Shown one piece after another: positions 60,205 through 64,000 of a stretch of DNA of 64,000 nt. The notes under the pieces are model-generated. The model saw nothing but the letters and a program-made list of their open reading frames with translations, made no database searches and was not told the DNA's origin. Position 1 is the stretch's first letter. Every line of letters begins with the position of its first letter. This stretch comes from Holophagales bacterium. GTDB lineage: Bacteria > Acidobacteriota > Thermoanaerobaculia > Multivoradales > Multivoraceae. The stretch covers positions 273,463-337,462 of the forward strand of contig VXZQ01000017.1 of NCBI GenBank assembly GCA_009845425.1. The letters are read 5' to 3'. The translations under genes were made by a program, and so were the position numbers.

Positions 60205-61108
60205 GCGTGACGGTGATCGGCTGGTCCAGCTTCTGCAGCACCAGGCTCACCTGGGCCTCGAGCGCCGCCAACCTTGCCTCCACGCTGCCGGCCGCCGGCT
60301 GGCGCCTCACCTTGGCGGCTCTCGCCTTGCGCTTTCGCCGCGCCGGCGCCTTCGCGGCGGCCGCAACCTTGGCCTTCGGCTTCCGACCACGCCTGCTCCG
60401 GGAGCGAAGCTCGCGGAACACCGCCACCGCCTCCGGGTGATAGCGCCGCTTGCGGCCCTCGCCCTCGTGCGGTATCCGATCGCCGTACAACTTGAGGTAA
60501 CGCTGCAGCGTCGGACCGGAGATGCCGGTCTGCTGACCGATCGCGGTAAGCGTCAGGAGCTTCGGAGCGGGGGCCGCGGGCGTCGCCGCAACGCGCGCCT
60601 TGCGCTTCTTTCGAGCCGGCGACTTGGCCGCTGCGGCCTTCGGCTTGCGACCCGGCTTGCTCTCCGCTCGAAGCTCGCGGAACACCGCGACGGAATCCGG
60701 GTGGTAGCGCCGCTTGCGACCCTCACCCTCGTGCGGTATCCGATCGCCGAACAACCGGACGTAACGCTGCAACGTCGGATAGGAAATCCCGGTCTGCTGG
60801 CCGATGCTGGACAACGTCAACAGGGACGGACCGCCTGCCGCGCCCTTCGCTTGGGTTCCTGCCGCTTTCGTCGCGGCCTTCTTCTTCCGTCCCGCGCCCC
60901 GACGCTTCGTTGACCGTTCGTTCTTGAACGCCTTGAACTCCCTGACGGCCGCAACCGGATACCGCTGCCTGCGACCCTCACCCTCCGACGAGATCCGGTC
61001 CTGGTACAGCTTCTTGTACCGCAGCGCCGTGGCCATCGAAACACCGGCCCGGCGGGCCACTTCGCCCAACGTCAACAGTTTCTTTCTTCCAGCAGCCGCT
61101 GCACTCAC
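60194..61108 (-). CDS. protein with three tandem MerR/excisionase-type HTH repeats separated by Lys/Ala/Pro-rich linkers and a C-terminal coiled-coil
   Basis: GTG at 61108, preceded by AAGGAGA SD (5-nt spacer). Three ~88-aa repeats (LLTLxxIGQQTGISxPTLQRYxxLYGDRIPHEGEGRKRRYHPxAVAVFRELR + RKPKA/RKKRKA tail). The upstream 80 aa of the track ORF is rejected. Confidence 0.75.
   Translation of the reverse strand: MSAAAAGRKKLLTLGEVARRAGVSMATALRYKKLYQDRISSEGEGRRQRYPVAAVREFKAFKNERSTKRRGAGRKKKAATKAAGTQAKGAAGGPSLLTLSSIGQQTGISYPTLQRYVRLFGDRIPHEGEGRKRRYHPDSVAVFRELRAESKPGRKPKAAAAKSPARKKRKARVAATPAAPAPKLLTLTAIGQQTGISGPTLQRYLKLYGDRIPHEGEGRKRRYHPEAVAVFRELRSRSRRGRKPKAKVAAAAKAPARRKRKARAAKVRRQPAAGSVEARLAALEAQVSLVLQKLDQPITVTLNR
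60400..61075. repeat. intragenic tandem direct repeat, ~264-bp unit (two ~85% identical copies plus one diverged copy)
   Basis: AAGCTCGCGGAACACCGC... recurs at 60407 and 60671. Both DNA and protein periodicity are visible. Confidence 0.8.
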
Positions 61109-61165
61109 GTAGTTCTCCTTGCGCCGCCCTGTGGCGTTTCGGTCCGGTCCTTTCCGGGAAGTGAC

Positions 61166-61194
61166 AATATAGACGAGACGACAACAGAAGACAA
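61166..61194 (-). promoter_or_regulatory. candidate sigma70-type promoter for the triple-HTH gene (-35 TTGTCT, 17-nt spacer, -10 TATATT)
   Basis: An AT-rich patch in an otherwise GC-rich region, ~60 nt upstream of the GTG start on the minus strand. Confidence 0.4.
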
Positions 61195-61548
61195 GAATCG
61201 AAGAAGCCAACCGTGGGAGTGCCGAAGCGGTAGGCCACCTTCCCGCAGGGCCACCGGCGGCACAGTATCTCGTCGGTGCTGGAGCGGGACAGCCGTGGCT
61301 GGCAGCGCCCTCGTGAAGGGGCGTCTTTCGGCAGGCGCGGCGGAGCTCCAAGCTGGCTACTCGGCTCCCCAGCCACCACCAACTCTAGGTCGAGACGCCG
61401 ATGCTAAACGGGGCGGGGCGGGACCCTGGCAGCTCCATCGTGGCTGCTAGCATCGAATCATAGAGATTTCGCTATACTTGGATGCGTTGGCCGACGCACC
61501 TCAACCCCCCTCCCCCGGTGCTGGTACTGACCCTGCGGGCTTGCGAAC

Positions 61549-62676
61549 GTGGCTGGAACCAAGAAGAAACGACTCGCGGCAGGTCGTTCACATCCACTCA
61601 ACGCGATCTGCCCGTACTTCACGATGTTCCCGCTTGACTTCCCGTCCGGTATCTTGGCGCGGCGTGCCGCTGGGGCCAAACTGGTCTTCGACCCCTTTGC
61701 TGGCCGGGGCACTACCCTCTACGCGGCACGCCAGCGAGGCATCCGCGCCATTGGGATTGACTGTTCCCCGGTAGCGGTGGCCATCTCGCGGGCGAAGCTC
61801 GCGGACTTCACGACCGAAGGGCCGCTTGATCTAGCGAAGGTACTTGTCCAAGACCAAGGCCACGTCGAGGTGCCAGAGGGTGAGTTCTGGGAGTCAGCAT
61901 TCCACCCGGAGACATTGAGAGACCTCTGTCGCCTACGAGCGGGCCTCTTGAGCCTGGAAGACAACGATGCGTCCGTAGTACTTCGGGCGACAGCACTAGG
62001 TGTTCTACACGGCCCCATCACGAAAGTTCGAAGCTACCTGTCGAACCAGATGCAGCGCACGTTTTCCCCTAAGCCAAACTATGCCGTGCGATTCTGGAAA
62101 CGCCACGCGCTTGAGCCGCCAAGAGCGAGCGTCCTCGGGGCGCTGCGGCGAAAGCTCGATCTCATGGCCAAGGGTGTCTACCGGACCATCGAAGATGGAT
62201 GGCGAGACGTCCACCTTGGAGACTCTTCGAACTCCAAGTCGTACCGAGGTCTGCCGCCCTCCGTCGACACAGTGATCACGTCCCCTCCGTACTACGGAAT
62301 GAGGACGTATGTCTCTGACCAGTGGTTGCGTCACTGGTTTCTCGGTGGGCCAGACGACGTGGACTATACGACTTCCGGCGACTTGCCGTCATCGAGCCAA
62401 GACGACTTCTCGATCGCGCTCGGTCGGACGTGGACCAACCTAGGCGCCGTGGCGCCCGAAGGCCTCCGGCTGTTTGTGCGGTTCGGTACGATCCCATCCC
62501 GCCGGACGAATCCGCGCAAGCTACTGCTGAGTTCGCTGGAAGCGTCCAGCTTGAGTTGGCACGTCGTCTCGATCCGGAACGCGCGGAATGCGACGGCTGG
62601 CAAGCGCCAAGCAGATCAAATGTGCGGCTCAAGTAAGGCGATTGATGAGCTGGACCTCCATGCGGTCCTGTCCTGA
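61549..62676 (+). CDS. DNA amino-methyltransferase (N6-adenine or N4-cytosine), motif I FDPFAGRGTT then motif IV SPPY
   Basis: AdoMet motif VFDPFAGRGTT at ~aa 48 and catalytic TSPPYYG at ~aa 245. Lower GC (~58%). Start at GTG 61549 or the internal ATG at TMFPLD. Confidence 0.8.
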   Translation: MAGTKKKRLAAGRSHPLNAICPYFTMFPLDFPSGILARRAAGAKLVFDPFAGRGTTLYAARQRGIRAIGIDCSPVAVAISRAKLADFTTEGPLDLAKVLVQDQGHVEVPEGEFWESAFHPETLRDLCRLRAGLLSLEDNDASVVLRATALGVLHGPITKVRSYLSNQMQRTFSPKPNYAVRFWKRHALEPPRASVLGALRRKLDLMAKGVYRTIEDGWRDVHLGDSSNSKSYRGLPPSVDTVITSPPYYGMRTYVSDQWLRHWFLGGPDDVDYTTSGDLPSSSQDDFSIALGRTWTNLGAVAPEGLRLFVRFGTIPSRRTNPRKLLLSSLEASSLSWHVVSIRNARNATAGKRQADQMCGSSKAIDELDLHAVLS

Positions 62677-62679
62677 TCT

Positions 62680-64000
62680 TCAGACCGCGGGGTCACGCCA
62701 ACGAACCGTGATCCCTCTTGGGTCGTAGTCAGAGCCTCGGACCAGACTCGTTATGCGCCGGTCACACCACTCGTCGACCACGCCCCTAAGTGCGTGTGCG
62801 GTTTCAGCGGCGCGACGATCCTCTGGGATGTGGTTGGCCACCTCATCGGAGAGGAACACGATGCACTTTGCCATCGCTCGCGAGATTGCCACGTTGGTCC
62901 GTTCGAGCTGGAGCAGGAACCGCTCCTCGCCCCTAATGACATCCGGGTCGCCGACACCGAAGCTGATGATGATCGTGTGGCGTTCACTGCCCTGGAATCG
63001 TTCAACTGTGTCGACCGCCCCCTCAATCAGCTCAGGGTCGCAATTCGGAAACGTCCTCAGCAGCGTCTGCACGACCTGAGCACGCTGCGCGCGGTGAGGG
63101 GTGACGATGCCCAGACCCTGCTTCCAGAAAGTCTCGTCGTCCCACGGCCCGTGCGTCACTTCGCCAGGTCGGCCAGCCAGATGCTGCGAGGTCGATGATC
63201 GGAGGAGATGAGCAAGGGCAGCGACGCAGTCAGCTTCGAAGCCGTTAGCTTGGCCAGCCATGCCATCGGGGTAGGTGACCGCGACGATGGGCTTGGCAGG
63301 GTCAAGAAGCGTAGTCCAAGCGTCCGACGCGGCTAGGCCCATCTCCGCGAGGCTAGCCATGCAGTCTTCCAGCGGCCTCACTAGGTGGAGCCTAGTACTC
63401 CGGTTTGCCGCGTTCAGGCCAGTGGGGTAGCCGAGTCGCCGCGTGTAGGCCACGATGTCATGGTGGGAACGGTAGTTTTCGAGAAGTGGCACCGGTACCA
63501 CCTCGTCGAACCGCTCGATGAGGTAGTTCTGCAGGCTTCCGATGAGATGCTCGGCCCCTACCGGGGGCTCTCCGACAAAGATCGGAGGCATCTGTAGGTG
63601 GTCGCCGACCACCACCACCTGGAAGCACCGCTTCAAGAGAGCCAGCGGCGCCACTGCAATGCTCATGTCCATCTGAGAGCTCTCATCGATGACGACGAAG
63701 TCGAAGACTTCCCGCAGGGCCTCAGCGCCGTCGCGCTCTACTTTAGCTAGCTCCTCAGCGATCCTGGGGCATTGATGCGCCACGGCCGCGACGATCACGA
63801 CTCGACTTCCCTCTATAAAGTCAACTGCCATCTGCCGAAAGTGCGCGTTCGCCTCCTCCGCAAACGTCTCGAAGACTTCCATGTGTGTTCCGGTGTCCGT
63901 GGGTAACGGAAACCGGTCGTCGCGATAGCGCGAGTAAACCGGGTACAACCTGCACACCGAGGCCGGATCCTCAGCCAGTCCGTGGGCCAGTCTCCCGATG
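62680..64000 (-). CDS. superfamily 1B helicase, Upf1/DNA2-like (AAA_12 C-terminal domain). 5'-truncated, continues beyond window end
   Basis: Motif II VVIDESSQM, motif III VVVGDHLQMPP, motif V/VI TVERFQGSERHTIIIS. Walker A must lie upstream of the window edge. Convergent with the MTase, 3 nt apart. Lower GC. Confidence 0.8.
   Translation of the reverse strand, partial: IGRLAHGLAEDPASVCRLYPVYSRYRDDRFPLPTDTGTHMEVFETFAEEANAHFRQMAVDFIEGSRVVIVAAVAHQCPRIAEELAKVERDGAEALREVFDFVVIDESSQMDMSIAVAPLALLKRCFQVVVVGDHLQMPPIFVGEPPVGAEHLIGSLQNYLIERFDEVVPVPLLENYRSHHDIVAYTRRLGYPTGLNAANRSTRLHLVRPLEDCMASLAEMGLAASDAWTTLLDPAKPIVAVTYPDGMAGQANGFEADCVAALAHLLRSSTSQHLAGRPGEVTHGPWDDETFWKQGLGIVTPHRAQRAQVVQTLLRTFPNCDPELIEGAVDTVERFQGSERHTIIISFGVGDPDVIRGEERFLLQLERTNVAISRAMAKCIVFLSDEVANHIPEDRRAAETAHALRGVVDEWCDRRITSLVRGSDYDPRGITVRWRDPAV

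Noticed and set aside
61109-61548. Possible small RNA or tRNA in the 440-bp intergenic region (GC-rich stretch ending ...CCACCACC)
   Set aside because: No tRNA T-loop (GGTTCGAATCC-like) or cloverleaf could be recognised, and there is no convincing match to SRP, 6S, RNase P or tmRNA consensus. It is treated as a 5' leader/promoter region instead.
61458-61774. 84-aa minus-strand and 98-aa plus-strand ORFs overlapping the MTase start
   Set aside because: They overlap the MTase coding sequence and promoter region. No motifs. Likely spurious.

Overview
This is a high-GC (~68%) bacterial chromosomal window, densely packed with housekeeping genes. A partial 16S rRNA gene runs off the window start on the minus strand. 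A tightly coupled purSQLFMN operon follows, and it lies directly downstream of an unusual envelope operon. That operon encodes a TPR protein, a secreted protein, a 970-aa protein that combines an HExxH zincin-like domain, PD40 beta-propeller repeats and a probable C-terminal outer-membrane barrel, and an MBL-fold hydrolase. Next comes a Firmicutes-like dprA/topA/trmFO/xerC/hslVU block, followed by dapF and tyrS, two Na+/amino-acid transporters, and an icd-sucCD-ndk cluster. A Tat-exported PaoABC-like molybdo-hydroxylase is present, as are DsbD, the ffh-rpsP-rimM-trmD-rplS-rnhB operon, an MMPL exporter, pgsA, alaS, recX, rsmE, hrcA-grpE-dnaJ, nrdR, lon and thiL. The last ~3.9 kb departs from this pattern. 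First is a gene encoding three tandem MerR/excisionase-type HTH repeats joined by Lys/Ala-rich linkers, built from an internal ~264-bp tandem DNA duplication. After a 440-bp intergenic region where GC falls to ~58%, an amino-type DNA methyltransferase (FxGxG ... SPPY) converges on a 5'-truncated Upf1/DNA2-like SF1B helicase. This is a candidate horizontally acquired defence or RM-like module continuing beyond the window. No CRISPR arrays, tRNAs or IS elements were seen. Many long ORFs in the six-frame track are alternative-frame artefacts of the high GC. The ORF track renders GTG/TTG starts as M, and several starts were re-derived from the DNA, usually with clear Shine-Dalgarno motifs and ATGA/GTGA stop-start overlaps.
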